From IMG/VR virus record IMGVR_UViG_3300035664_000005, positions 1-64,000 of that record: a stretch of 64,000 bases of DNA; one strand, 5' to 3'. A model generated the notes under the pieces. That model searched no databases. It was not told where the DNA came from and saw only the letters and a list, made by a program, of their open reading frames with translations. This DNA is from a virus. The position numbers and the translations under genes were made by a program. Below, in pieces: positions 36,716 through 45,670 of the stretch; the first letter of the stretch is position 1, and each line of letters opens with the position of its first letter.

Positions 36716-36747
36716 TAGGCAAATTTATCCTGTGGTAATCTCATTTC

Positions 36748-37677
36748 ATGGATTTTGCTCTAGATTCTCACGAAATTTTGCCGTATGTTCGTGTCTATCC
36801 GAATGTGTTCCCCGACATTGAGGAAATGAAATCAATTCTGTATGAACATGAAAGAACCACCACGGAAGATCCTGAATCGCCTCATCTTTTTGAACCCTAT
36901 AGACCTTGGTACACATTCGGTCGTGTAACCGATGTGCAAAGAACCCCTGATGAATCTTCCCACGAATATATCCGTAAACAAACATATTTTTATGAACGGG
37001 TAAAACAAGTAAGAGAAGCAGTTATTGCGGATTATTGCGATAAATATAAAGTTTTTGATTTCATTAACACAGAGACATGGATTCAACAGTCTGTGAATTT
37101 GGCGGAATATTTTGATGGCGCGTCGGTTCCCGACCCGCAAATAGACGGCTTAAGTATTTCACTAAAACCAAAAGCAATGAATTACCATACGGATTTTGAA
37201 ATAAAAAAAATGTGCGAAGATTCAGATAATTTTGTGCTCACCTGTAATGTCTATTGGAATGATGATTACAAAGGCGGAGAGATTGTTTTTTTTGACTCAG
37301 ATCAATTACTTCCATATAAACCCAAACAAGGAGAAGTGCTGATTTTCCCGTCAGGTTCACCATTCTTCCCCCAAGACGGACAGGCGTTTTACCACTGTGC
37401 AAATAGTGTGTTTAAAGGCAAAAAATATTTTTCACGAAATTATTTGCAATACAAGCATGTACCGACTGAGGAAATGCGCGACGCACAGGAAGACTACCCC
37501 ACTGGTGATCGTGTGAACGGCGACCATCACTACGCTTCTCTTTTCAATCAAATGATGGACGTGAGTACGAGTAATGAAAAGAAATTCCTTGTTCACCCAA
37601 TTGCGAAAAGATTTTATAAAAAACTTGATGAGTGCATTTTGGTGAATGACTTTAGCAAAAAAGATTTTTTTCAGTAA
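36748..37677 (+). CDS. 2OG-Fe(II) oxygenase (prolyl-4-hydroxylase-like)
   Basis: YHTD, Y.NDDYKGGEI.F, KP..G..LIFPS, YH. Confidence 0.85.
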   Translation: MDFALDSHEILPYVRVYPNVFPDIEEMKSILYEHERTTTEDPESPHLFEPYRPWYTFGRVTDVQRTPDESSHEYIRKQTYFYERVKQVREAVIADYCDKYKVFDFINTETWIQQSVNLAEYFDGASVPDPQIDGLSISLKPKAMNYHTDFEIKKMCEDSDNFVLTCNVYWNDDYKGGEIVFFDSDQLLPYKPKQGEVLIFPSGSPFFPQDGQAFYHCANSVFKGKKYFSRNYLQYKHVPTEEMRDAQEDYPTGDRVNGDHHYASLFNQMMDVSTSNEKKFLVHPIAKRFYKKLDECILVNDFSKKDFFQ

Positions 37678-38438
37678 TTTGCGTGTGCGTCAACAAAATT
37701 GAGTACACGCTCTGCTGTTGTTTCGCCGTCTGTGCCCGGGTCGCTCTTTAGCCAACGAATAAAGTCATACCATTTTCTTTGCTGATCAGGGCTGTCAAAC
37801 ACGAGCGTGTATTGAACAATTGTTTTTGAACCGTTAGCAACAACTGAAGGTGCTCCCTGAGTCACTGCTTGCTGTATGTCTGTGCCTTTGGGTGCGGTAA
37901 GCATTGTTTCACCGTTTTCCATTTGCGTACTTACAACGGTTGGGTTGTTTGACGGTTCTATCGTTGCTATTGGTTGGATGACTGGTGCTTCGTAGGGCGC
38001 ATCGTCTTCTTGATAGTAGTCACCTTCCATGGCGGCTAAATCAAATTCGTCCCATCCAAGCGCATCTATTAAATTGTCGTATTGTCCGCCGACTTCTCCA
38101 AGAAGTTCAAACAACATATTGCTGTCGGTGGTTCCAAGTTCGTTTGTTCGGTTGTCGGCTAAAGCGTAGGCAATAGCGCTTTCATTGTCGCCCTCAAATT
38201 TGACGCAAGCAATTTTATCCCAACCAAGTTTTTTAGCGGCTTCGTATTGGTGGTTTCCTGCAATAATTGTTGAGGTTCCATCCTTGTTGTCTTTGATGAC
38301 GATTGGTTTTACTTGACCGAATTCTTTGTATGACGCAACAATTGCGTCTATGTTGCCTTTTCGTGGGTTGTTTTCTAAATGAATAAGTTCTGAGAGCGGA
38401 ACAGCCAAGTGTTCAATGTTTTTGTGAATGTTAGACAT
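37671..38438 (-). CDS. ParB/Srx N-terminal domain protein
   Basis: NPR......I..S..EFGQ.KPIV......IIAGNH..AA..LGW; LADNRT.EL. Confidence 0.85.
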   Translation of the reverse strand: MSNIHKNIEHLAVPLSELIHLENNPRKGNIDAIVASYKEFGQVKPIVIKDNKDGTSTIIAGNHQYEAAKKLGWDKIACVKFEGDNESAIAYALADNRTNELGTTDSNMLFELLGEVGGQYDNLIDALGWDEFDLAAMEGDYYQEDDAPYEAPVIQPIATIEPSNNPTVVSTQMENGETMLTAPKGTDIQQAVTQGAPSVVANGSKTIVQYTLVFDSPDQQRKWYDFIRWLKSDPGTDGETTAERVLNFVDAHANY

Positions 38439-38783
38439 TTATAATCCTGTTTGTACACGGACATTGGCGTTCAATGTCCTTAGTGCGTCCAACGATGTTC
38501 GCACGGTTAGCAATTTTTCTCTTTTAGATTTAACTAACGCCTCGCTAATCTTATACGAATATGACTCGTCGGAAAGTTTGTAGTCAGCCCACGCTTCACG
38601 CTCTTTGATGGATCCCTTGGCGGCTAGATATTCTTTAGCCCAATTACTTTTCATTAAAGAATCTTTTTTCGCTGCATCAACTGCAAGCACTTCAAATGCT
38701 TCGGTTTCCTCTTCAAGAATGCCAAGCAGACGCATAATCTCTGATTCAATTTCCACTTGAGATATTGGTTGTGACCTACCCAT
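38439..38783 (-). CDS. hypothetical coiled-coil phage protein
   Basis: Operonic; C-terminal LRTLNANVR. Confidence 0.65.
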   Translation of the reverse strand: MGRSQPISQVEIESEIMRLLGILEEETEAFEVLAVDAAKKDSLMKSNWAKEYLAAKGSIKEREAWADYKLSDESYSYKISEALVKSKREKLLTVRTSLDALRTLNANVRVQTGL

Positions 38784-39303
38784 TTTGTTCTCCTGTTATT
38801 GCCGTGAAATCGCATTTTTTTAGCGCCAAAACTTGATCTGTATTCCACTCGTATTGAGACAGACCCAAGTATGTGAGCGTCATTTGTTCAAGAATCCAAG
38901 CATCACATCTGTCATTGCCGTCTCCACCCGACCAGATTATCCCTGTTTTTGCTGAGATCGCTGACATTACTTCAGATTTACCTGAGTTTCCTTTTCCCGT
39001 AGCAAATTTGGCTCTACAGGTTGGAGGTATAACCACGACTGGCACTCCCAGTTCGCGTAACGCGACCCTTACAACTCCTCCAAGTTCTCCTATGGAGTGG
39101 GCTTGCGAATGTCGTGAAGCATATGAGTAGCCTTCTACTGCCACTATTTGAACACCAGCCTCTTGGGCTAGAGCCAAGATTTCGTTTCTTATTTCTAGGA
39201 GTCGTTCGGATCCTTTGTTTTTGGATTTGATGCTCGTTGTTAGACCGCCGATACTGACACCCGTGCTGGTCAGGGAGAGGTCTAAACCCATTATTTTTGC
39301 CAC
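38776..39303 (-). CDS. ruvC: RuvC-like Holliday junction resolvase
   Basis: MGLDLSLTSTG, VEGY, ELGGVVR, KFATGKGN..K, N.CDA. Confidence 0.85.
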   Translation of the reverse strand: MAKIMGLDLSLTSTGVSIGGLTTSIKSKNKGSERLLEIRNEILALAQEAGVQIVAVEGYSYASRHSQAHSIGELGGVVRVALRELGVPVVVIPPTCRAKFATGKGNSGKSEVMSAISAKTGIIWSGGDGNDRCDAWILEQMTLTYLGLSQYEWNTDQVLALKKCDFTAITGEQNG

Positions 39304-39325
39304 ATTTGTAGATTACTATATTTAT

Positions 39326-40375
39326 GTGGAAAACATAATCTTCAGTGAAAACAAGGTTGAGGTTTTGAATAAAAAAATTTTTGTTGCCATTCCTTCGTTT
39401 CAGGAAGAGGATTTGCTAAATACGGTTGACAGCATTTTTTTGAATGCTTCAAACCCGAACCGCGTAATTGTTGGCATTTGTAATCAACGAGTTGTAGACG
39501 GCGAATTTGAGTCTTTTGAATGCTACGACGATCATGTCAAAGTTATAAATGTGCGATCACCCAAGCCGATGGGATTGGGGTTTGCATATTTTGCTATCTG
39601 CCAAATGGTGCAAGACGAAGAGTATTTTATGCGGATTGATGCTGGTACGAGAATGAAACCCGACTGGGACAAAATTTTGATTGAATCCTATGAATCGGTT
39701 TGTCGCCATACGGGTAACAAAACGATTATTAGCGGTCAAATCGGTGCTTTTTATAAAACAGACGAGGAACTGAGCGCGGGTTACTACACCGATGACCTTT
39801 GGACATTTAAAGAAGGTTGCTGGTTTCAGGATTTTGCTCACCCCGAAAGCGAATATTGGGTAGATGGGCTGATAAAGCAGTTCGTAATGACCGTTTGGGA
39901 TGTTGATGAAAATAAATATAATTCAAATAAAGACTCAATAAGTAAGTTTATTTGGAACAATGAAGATAAAAATTTGGGATTTAAACAAATATGTTTTGTA
40001 AACGGTGCTTTTCATTTCTCCAAAAGTCAACTCGTAAGAGATTGCCCGCCTGACCCTAGAATGGTTTTTTGGGGCGAAGAACACCTCTTGGGTCTCAGGG
40101 CTATCACCAGAGGTTATGGGATTTACGCATTAAATATTAGCGTGCTATTTACTCTAAGTAAACCAAAGTCCTATGTTGAAGGTCAAGGCGTTTTAAATTG
40201 GAGGAATTTTAGCAACGAGACATTTGTTCAAAGCCAAAATGTTTTAGCAAAAAAAATTCTTTTAGGTGAAGAATACGGTTTGTTTGGTGCACCAAATGAA
40301 GAACTTTACCAACAGTACTTCGGTCAAATAGGACTAAAAAACGAAGACAAAGAAAAATGGATTAAAAATGATTAA
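39326..40375 (+). CDS. GT-A glycosyltransferase, GlcNAc-transferase (Skp1-Hyp Gnt1/GT60-like)
   Basis: IFVAIPS....L..T......A.NP..V..GI..Q; ID......WD; F.F......P.DP...FWGEE....R..T.GY; TACTAT-N6-GTG start. Confidence 0.7.
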   Translation: MENIIFSENKVEVLNKKIFVAIPSFQEEDLLNTVDSIFLNASNPNRVIVGICNQRVVDGEFESFECYDDHVKVINVRSPKPMGLGFAYFAICQMVQDEEYFMRIDAGTRMKPDWDKILIESYESVCRHTGNKTIISGQIGAFYKTDEELSAGYYTDDLWTFKEGCWFQDFAHPESEYWVDGLIKQFVMTVWDVDENKYNSNKDSISKFIWNNEDKNLGFKQICFVNGAFHFSKSQLVRDCPPDPRMVFWGEEHLLGLRAITRGYGIYALNISVLFTLSKPKSYVEGQGVLNWRNFSNETFVQSQNVLAKKILLGEEYGLFGAPNEELYQQYFGQIGLKNEDKEKWIKND

Positions 40376-40802
40376 TAAAAAATCTGCTCCACAAAAAAAT
40401 ATTGTTTCCATTGACAAACAAGGGGCTTGGGGTGATGTTTCTTATTATCATAAACTTGAATGCGGGCATATAGAGGTTCGCAAACGGGCATCAACAGCCC
40501 CAAGAATTGCGTGTACTTGGTGTGTTATCGGTGAAGAAAAAGGCAGGGAACTTAAAGCATTGACTATTGTTCAGCCACCAACCCTTGAAGAGGTGTGGGA
40601 TTTTTACGATGATTCAATAAACGAGGAAGTTAATGTTGCCCAACTACGGGCTGGTATCGCCAGTGCTGTGGGTTGTCCACAGGACAGCGTTGAAGTGGTA
40701 TCTGAAGTTGGCGAAGACAATATTCTTCGTGTCAATTATGTAACAATTTTTTTGGACATTGAACTTGCAAAGAAAATAGGCAAATATCAAAAAAACATTT
40801 GA
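40368..40802 (+). CDS. hypothetical protein with Zn ribbon (LECGH...CTWC)
   Basis: ORF track; operonic. Confidence 0.6.
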   Translation: MINKKSAPQKNIVSIDKQGAWGDVSYYHKLECGHIEVRKRASTAPRIACTWCVIGEEKGRELKALTIVQPPTLEEVWDFYDDSINEEVNVAQLRAGIASAVGCPQDSVEVVSEVGEDNILRVNYVTIFLDIELAKKIGKYQKNI

Positions 40803-40875
40803 TGTTCCCCGAAGGGGCTAGTAGGGTAAAGCGAAATAACAATTACCTAAAAGTTAGATCGGGGGCAACTTAGGC

Positions 40876-41223
40876 ATGAAACTCATTGAAGATTTTTTTG
40901 ACACGAAAAAAGCCGCGTGCAAAGGCGAAGACATCACTTTGTTTTATCCGATTCTCCCCGCTGGTCAGCATCGCAAAGACGTTGAAATTGCAAAACATTT
41001 ATGCTCGCAGTGTGAAGTGATTGAAGGATGCTTGGAGTATTCGCTTCACTATGAGCCCCTTGGAATTTGGGGAGGGAAAAGCGAAGTTGAACGAGAAGTT
41101 TTGAGACAACAAAAAAATATTTGTTTACCTATTGATCGCAAAGCATCACATTCTGTGCGCAGATCAGTTAGAGCGGGTCGGGTTGGCAGAATAGTTCGGC
41201 GAATAGACTCGTTGAATGAGTAA
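40876..41223 (+). CDS. whiB: WhiB family Fe-S transcription regulator
   Basis: AACKG....LFYP...AK.LCSQCEV...CLEY...GIWGG.S..ER. Confidence 0.92.
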   Translation: MKLIEDFFDTKKAACKGEDITLFYPILPAGQHRKDVEIAKHLCSQCEVIEGCLEYSLHYEPLGIWGGKSEVEREVLRQQKNICLPIDRKASHSVRRSVRAGRVGRIVRRIDSLNE

Positions 41224-42970
41224 TGCTTCCGTACCTATCCATGTAGATCGGTTCATTGCCAAACTGAATGGTGTCCGACCGACCAGCAACGGTTTTGAGG
41301 CTAGATGCCCGTGCCGAAACGACGACAACAACCCTTCGCTTTCAATCGGGATAGGTAGTGAAGACAAAATTTTGATTACTTGCCACCGTGGGCAGGGTTG
41401 CTCCGTGGAACAAGTTTGTCAGGCAATGGGTGTGACCGTAAAAGAGTTGTACCCCGAGAAAAAGGAAGAAAGAAAACTATCACTAGTAGCCACATATGAC
41501 TACCGTGACGAAAATGGAAAACTTCTTTTTCAAAAACAACGATTCGTAGACCAATGGGGTAAGAAAACTTTCCGGCAACGAAGACCAGATCCTGTCAACA
41601 AAGGGAAATACATTTTTTCTTTAGATGACACACCAAAAATTTTGTACCGCTTGCCCGATGTGCTTCACGCTAAAAGCAACGGCGATGTGATTTGGCTCGT
41701 GGAGGGTGAGAAAGACGCTGACAACTTAGTCAAACTTGGTTTATGCGCAACCACACCACCAAACGGAGCGGGCAAGTGGCTGGATATTCACACACGCGCG
41801 TTAGAGGGTGCACAGGTTTGGATAATTGCCGATAACGATTCGGTCGGTAGAGACCACGCCAAGATGGTGAGCAACACCCTTCAACAAAATGGTTGCACTG
41901 TTATCAATTGGGTTCCTCCAAATAATTACAAAGATGTTTCCGAACTTCTTGGTGCAGGGGGAAGTGTTGATGACTTGATTGAAATGGATAATGCTGAACC
42001 ACTTGATGACATTGTTCAGCATGAAGAAGAAGAGCAACAGACGGAAGCAATTGTTGAAGCAACAACCCCATTGATTGCTCTTGCTGAACGCATAAATTCT
42101 CTGCTGATACGAGAGGACATCTCGGAGACGGTGCGCCTAACCAAAGCATCAATGATGATCGGGTCTTTTGGGCATGAAGATGAAATTGACAGAGGAAGGC
42201 TTGTTAATTGGTCGGATTTTCTATTGGAGACAGAAAATGACGAATACGACTGGATTATTCCGAATGTTCTTGAAAGAGGCGAACGAGTAATCGTTGTCGC
42301 TGCGGAAGGCGTCGGCAAAACCATGCTCGCCAGACAGATCGCAATATGCAGTTCTTTTGGAATTAATCCGTTCAATTTTTCAAGAATGAAACCAATCAGA
42401 ACATTAACAATTGACCTTGAAAACCCCGAAAGAATTATTAGGAGAACCTCATCAAATATAATGGGAGCCGCTCGGCGACTTGGATACTTGGAAGGTCAAC
42501 CTGAATGCCATATTTTGATAAAGCCTTCAGGTGTGGATTTGATGCGACCAGCAGATCGCCTCATAATTGAAGAAGCGGTAGAAACTATCAAACCTGATCT
42601 CATTTTGCTCGGTCCTATTTATAAGTCTTTTGTGGATCCCGGTGGCAGAACATCTGAATCAATAACTGTTGAAGTGGCAAAGTATTTTGACATGTTGCGC
42701 GATTACTACAACTGTTCGTTGTGGCTTGAACACCACGCACCATTGGGTACATCTTCATCCACGAGAGATCTGCGACCATTCGGTTCGGCTGTTTGGTCAC
42801 GCTGGCCGGAGTTCGGTCTATCGCTGACTCCCGACCCAACTGCTATTGGTGATTATGTCTATGATGTGCGACATTTTCGTGGCGCGCGAGACCTGCGGGC
42901 ATTTCCGACTAAAATGAGAAGAGGGAAAATCTTCCCGTTTGAAGTTATTGAATTCATGGACACAATTTAA
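41216..42970 (+). CDS. primase-helicase (Zn finger + TOPRIM + RecA-like AAA_25)
   Basis: CP...D.NPSLS...CH..C; VEGEKDA, DND..G; AAEGVGKT; EHH; RPFGS. Confidence 0.9.
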   Translation: MSNASVPIHVDRFIAKLNGVRPTSNGFEARCPCRNDDNNPSLSIGIGSEDKILITCHRGQGCSVEQVCQAMGVTVKELYPEKKEERKLSLVATYDYRDENGKLLFQKQRFVDQWGKKTFRQRRPDPVNKGKYIFSLDDTPKILYRLPDVLHAKSNGDVIWLVEGEKDADNLVKLGLCATTPPNGAGKWLDIHTRALEGAQVWIIADNDSVGRDHAKMVSNTLQQNGCTVINWVPPNNYKDVSELLGAGGSVDDLIEMDNAEPLDDIVQHEEEEQQTEAIVEATTPLIALAERINSLLIREDISETVRLTKASMMIGSFGHEDEIDRGRLVNWSDFLLETENDEYDWIIPNVLERGERVIVVAAEGVGKTMLARQIAICSSFGINPFNFSRMKPIRTLTIDLENPERIIRRTSSNIMGAARRLGYLEGQPECHILIKPSGVDLMRPADRLIIEEAVETIKPDLILLGPIYKSFVDPGGRTSESITVEVAKYFDMLRDYYNCSLWLEHHAPLGTSSSTRDLRPFGSAVWSRWPEFGLSLTPDPTAIGDYVYDVRHFRGARDLRAFPTKMRRGKIFPFEVIEFMDTI

Positions 42971-42971
42971 A

Positions 42972-43613
42972 ATGGCTGAAAAGGGACTAACAAGAGAATT
43001 TCTCGCTGAACGAGACCTGCGCATTTTCAAGATGAGGCAGGCTGGCGTTCCAATTGCGGAGATTGCACGAAGGTTTGGTATTGGCACATCCAATGTTTCA
43101 AACTCCGTGAAAAGACAATTGAATAAACTTAGTCAAGAAGCCTTGCTTATTTATCCTGAAGTTCTTCAGATGGAACTTGAACGATTAGATGCTCTTCAAT
43201 CCGCAATCTGGCCGTTAACGCAACACAGGAAACAGAAAATGGATGACGGCACAGAGGTCTCTATTGAGCCAGATATCAAGGCGGTGTCAACGGTGCTTTC
43301 AATCATTGATCGTCGCGCAAAATTGCTTGGTATGGAACAAACGAATGTAAATGTTCAGATGGATGTCCGTGATTCTTCTCCGATACGAGCGGTATTGGCT
43401 GGCGCGCCGGGCGTTGTTCAGGCTGAGAAGTTTGATTCCGAGGCTGAGGCTAAGAAACTTTTGATATTGATGAGCGATGCGGGGATTATGCCGAAAGATA
43501 CGATCAAACAACTTCTTGGTGATATGCCAGCCTTGAGTGATGGAGAAGATGAGATTGAAGATGCGGAGGTTGTGGATTCGTTGGAATCACCAACAGAGAT
43601 AGAGTCTATCTAA
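42972..43613 (+). CDS. HTH protein, terminase small subunit-like
   Basis: R.AG....EIARRFGI; LERLD.LQ..IWP; V..VL.IIDRRAKLLG. Confidence 0.6.
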   Translation: MAEKGLTREFLAERDLRIFKMRQAGVPIAEIARRFGIGTSNVSNSVKRQLNKLSQEALLIYPEVLQMELERLDALQSAIWPLTQHRKQKMDDGTEVSIEPDIKAVSTVLSIIDRRAKLLGMEQTNVNVQMDVRDSSPIRAVLAGAPGVVQAEKFDSEAEAKKLLILMSDAGIMPKDTIKQLLGDMPALSDGEDEIEDAEVVDSLESPTEIESI

Positions 43614-43850
43614 TTTCAAGAAGTGATGATTTCGCGCAGTCCATCTCAATCAAAGATGGCATTATTGTTAAATGATATTTTCACTTATTTTCATCGCCAT
43701 CACCGTTTTAGCGCTTCATCTTTTTGTCATGAGATCAATTGATTCATACGACGGATATGGGGGCGTTAGCGCATATCGCGAATGGAAACAATTTGAGACA
43801 AAGTACAATATGTATTTTGAAAACAACAATTCTTCTTCTTTGTAGAAATT

Positions 43851-44621
43851 CTATCTAAGATCAAAGTAGTAGGAAGTTTCGTTCCACTGTTTTATTTTTG
43901 GTTGTTCTAAAAGTGTTTTCATTTCTTCTAAATAACTTTTACTTTTTGCCCCCTCGGAGTGAAGGGTATTTGTGTAGTGACCAATTACTGCTCTCCTGAG
44001 AATTATCCCTTTAGGCTCTAACGCACAGTGAATTAGATTGCCGTGCCAAATCAAAACATCTCCTTTTTTGGCGAGGAAAGTAAAATGTTCGTGATCGTTG
44101 TGCGATTCAATTTCTTTTGTAAGACGTGGGTTTTGCCAACGACCGTTCACTATTTCTTGGTCTTTACCCATGTAAACCGCTTGTTTGTCAAATTTCCATT
44201 TGTGGGATTTAGCAATTAACTGGAATGGTCCTGCTTCCATAGTGACATCTTCTGCTGCAACCCACGCACCAATGTAGTTATTGTACGCAATCGGATTAGA
44301 CAGCATTGAATCTTGATGCCATGGTTTTTGGCTGGTTGTTCCCCAAGTGTCAACACGATGTAGTGCTACAGGTAATTCTAAATCTATAAAAAATTGATTT
44401 ATTGAAGAATGACACATTATGTCCATCACTTCAGGGTGGTTCAAGTATTCGTGAGGATCGTTCCCAGATTCCATTGACCAACCAAAATTGTTTCCATGTT
44501 GGTCAAAATTATTTGAGTGTTCCTTGTTCCAACTGTCAATATAGCGATCTATCAGATCATCGCTTATGGCTTTTTCTAGTACCACATAGCCATTCTCTTT
44601 AAAAAATTCAACATTGTTCAT
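43851..44621 (-). CDS. phytanoyl-CoA dioxygenase (PhyH) family 2OG-Fe(II) enzyme
   Basis: F.ENGYVVL, WHQD, WVA.ED.....GP......SH, KGDVLIWHG.L.H, R. Confidence 0.88.
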   Translation of the reverse strand: MNNVEFFKENGYVVLEKAISDDLIDRYIDSWNKEHSNNFDQHGNNFGWSMESGNDPHEYLNHPEVMDIMCHSSINQFFIDLELPVALHRVDTWGTTSQKPWHQDSMLSNPIAYNNYIGAWVAAEDVTMEAGPFQLIAKSHKWKFDKQAVYMGKDQEIVNGRWQNPRLTKEIESHNDHEHFTFLAKKGDVLIWHGNLIHCALEPKGIILRRAVIGHYTNTLHSEGAKSKSYLEEMKTLLEQPKIKQWNETSYYFDLR

Positions 44622-44627
44622 AAGGTT

Positions 44628-45260
44628 TTAAAGATCGTCCCTGTAAAATATTTCAAAGCCACAGTGCATTACCGCTGAAGCCAGTGTACCAAAGTATGTT
44701 TGTCGGTCTATTGATGGATCAACTGGCTCGGTATCTATTCTGAGTGATGCTTTCAATGCGGCGGGATATTCAATGTCTCTCATGGCTTTCCCACCGTTGA
44801 ACCAGAGCACATCACCGAAATCAATTTTTCTTCCAAGTTTTACTTGATATGACATTGCGACGAAGACATGGTCGTCGGATTTTAGATGCGTAAACGAAAC
44901 ACACTCTTTGACTGGAGAATTTTTTATTGCGAACAGGCTTGCTAGGTTTTCTCCAGTTGTTTCTGCTGGAGACATTGAGCAGTACCCTTCGGCTGCGAGT
45001 GTGTATTCGGTGATACCCCACCCTTTTCTCATGATGACAGATGCCTCTATTACCGACCTAATGCGTTCGTCTTTTGGGGTACCAAAAGTATCCTTAAGTT
45101 GAATTATTGTCGCCAACTCATTATTTTTCCAACCAAATATATTAATATTTAAATCAGAACCTATTCCGTCTTCGTCAACTAAGGCTATTTTTGCTGTTTT
45201 GATAGATTCAACACATAGGGCTATCTTGTCAAAGTCGGTTTCGTAAAAGCCTGTATACAT
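44628..45260 (-). CDS. hypothetical protein
   Basis: ORF track; similarity by eye to 28215..28751. Confidence 0.7.
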   Translation of the reverse strand: MYTGFYETDFDKIALCVESIKTAKIALVDEDGIGSDLNINIFGWKNNELATIIQLKDTFGTPKDERIRSVIEASVIMRKGWGITEYTLAAEGYCSMSPAETTGENLASLFAIKNSPVKECVSFTHLKSDDHVFVAMSYQVKLGRKIDFGDVLWFNGGKAMRDIEYPAALKASLRIDTEPVDPSIDRQTYFGTLASAVMHCGFEIFYRDDL

Positions 45261-45343
45261 ATAAGGGAAACCTTACAACATTACGATTTTACAAAAATGA
45301 TGAGGTTACATTTGAGGCATTAAGTCTGTACTAGTGTTTTTCT

Positions 45344-45634
45344 ATGACCTCAAAACAAACAAAAAAATCAGTTAAAAAAAGCACTTCAAATAAGAAAGCG
45401 CCTGCTAAAAAGGCTCCCGTTAAAAAGGCGTCGGCTCCCAAAAAGCCTGTCAATGTTCGCCCCGAGGATGCCGATCGTTTGTTGGCAACTGCCAACGAAA
45501 CAAAACAGCAGTTCGCTAGCGCAGATAAGTTGATGAAAACACTGGCTCAACAGCCTTCCATCATTCGGGCTAATGATGTAAAATCTTTGCCTCTTCGCAA
45601 AAGAATGCTTGCGTGGTTTAAAATTTCAAAGTAG
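45344..45634 (+). CDS. small basic protein with histone H1-like PAKKA repeats
   Basis: KKAPAKKAPVKKASAPKKP; TAGTGT-N6-ATG start. Confidence 0.65.
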   Translation: MTSKQTKKSVKKSTSNKKAPAKKAPVKKASAPKKPVNVRPEDADRLLATANETKQQFASADKLMKTLAQQPSIIRANDVKSLPLRKRMLAWFKISK

Positions 45635-45670
45635 TCTTATCCCCATGAGGGGATTTCGGGGGAAACAACA

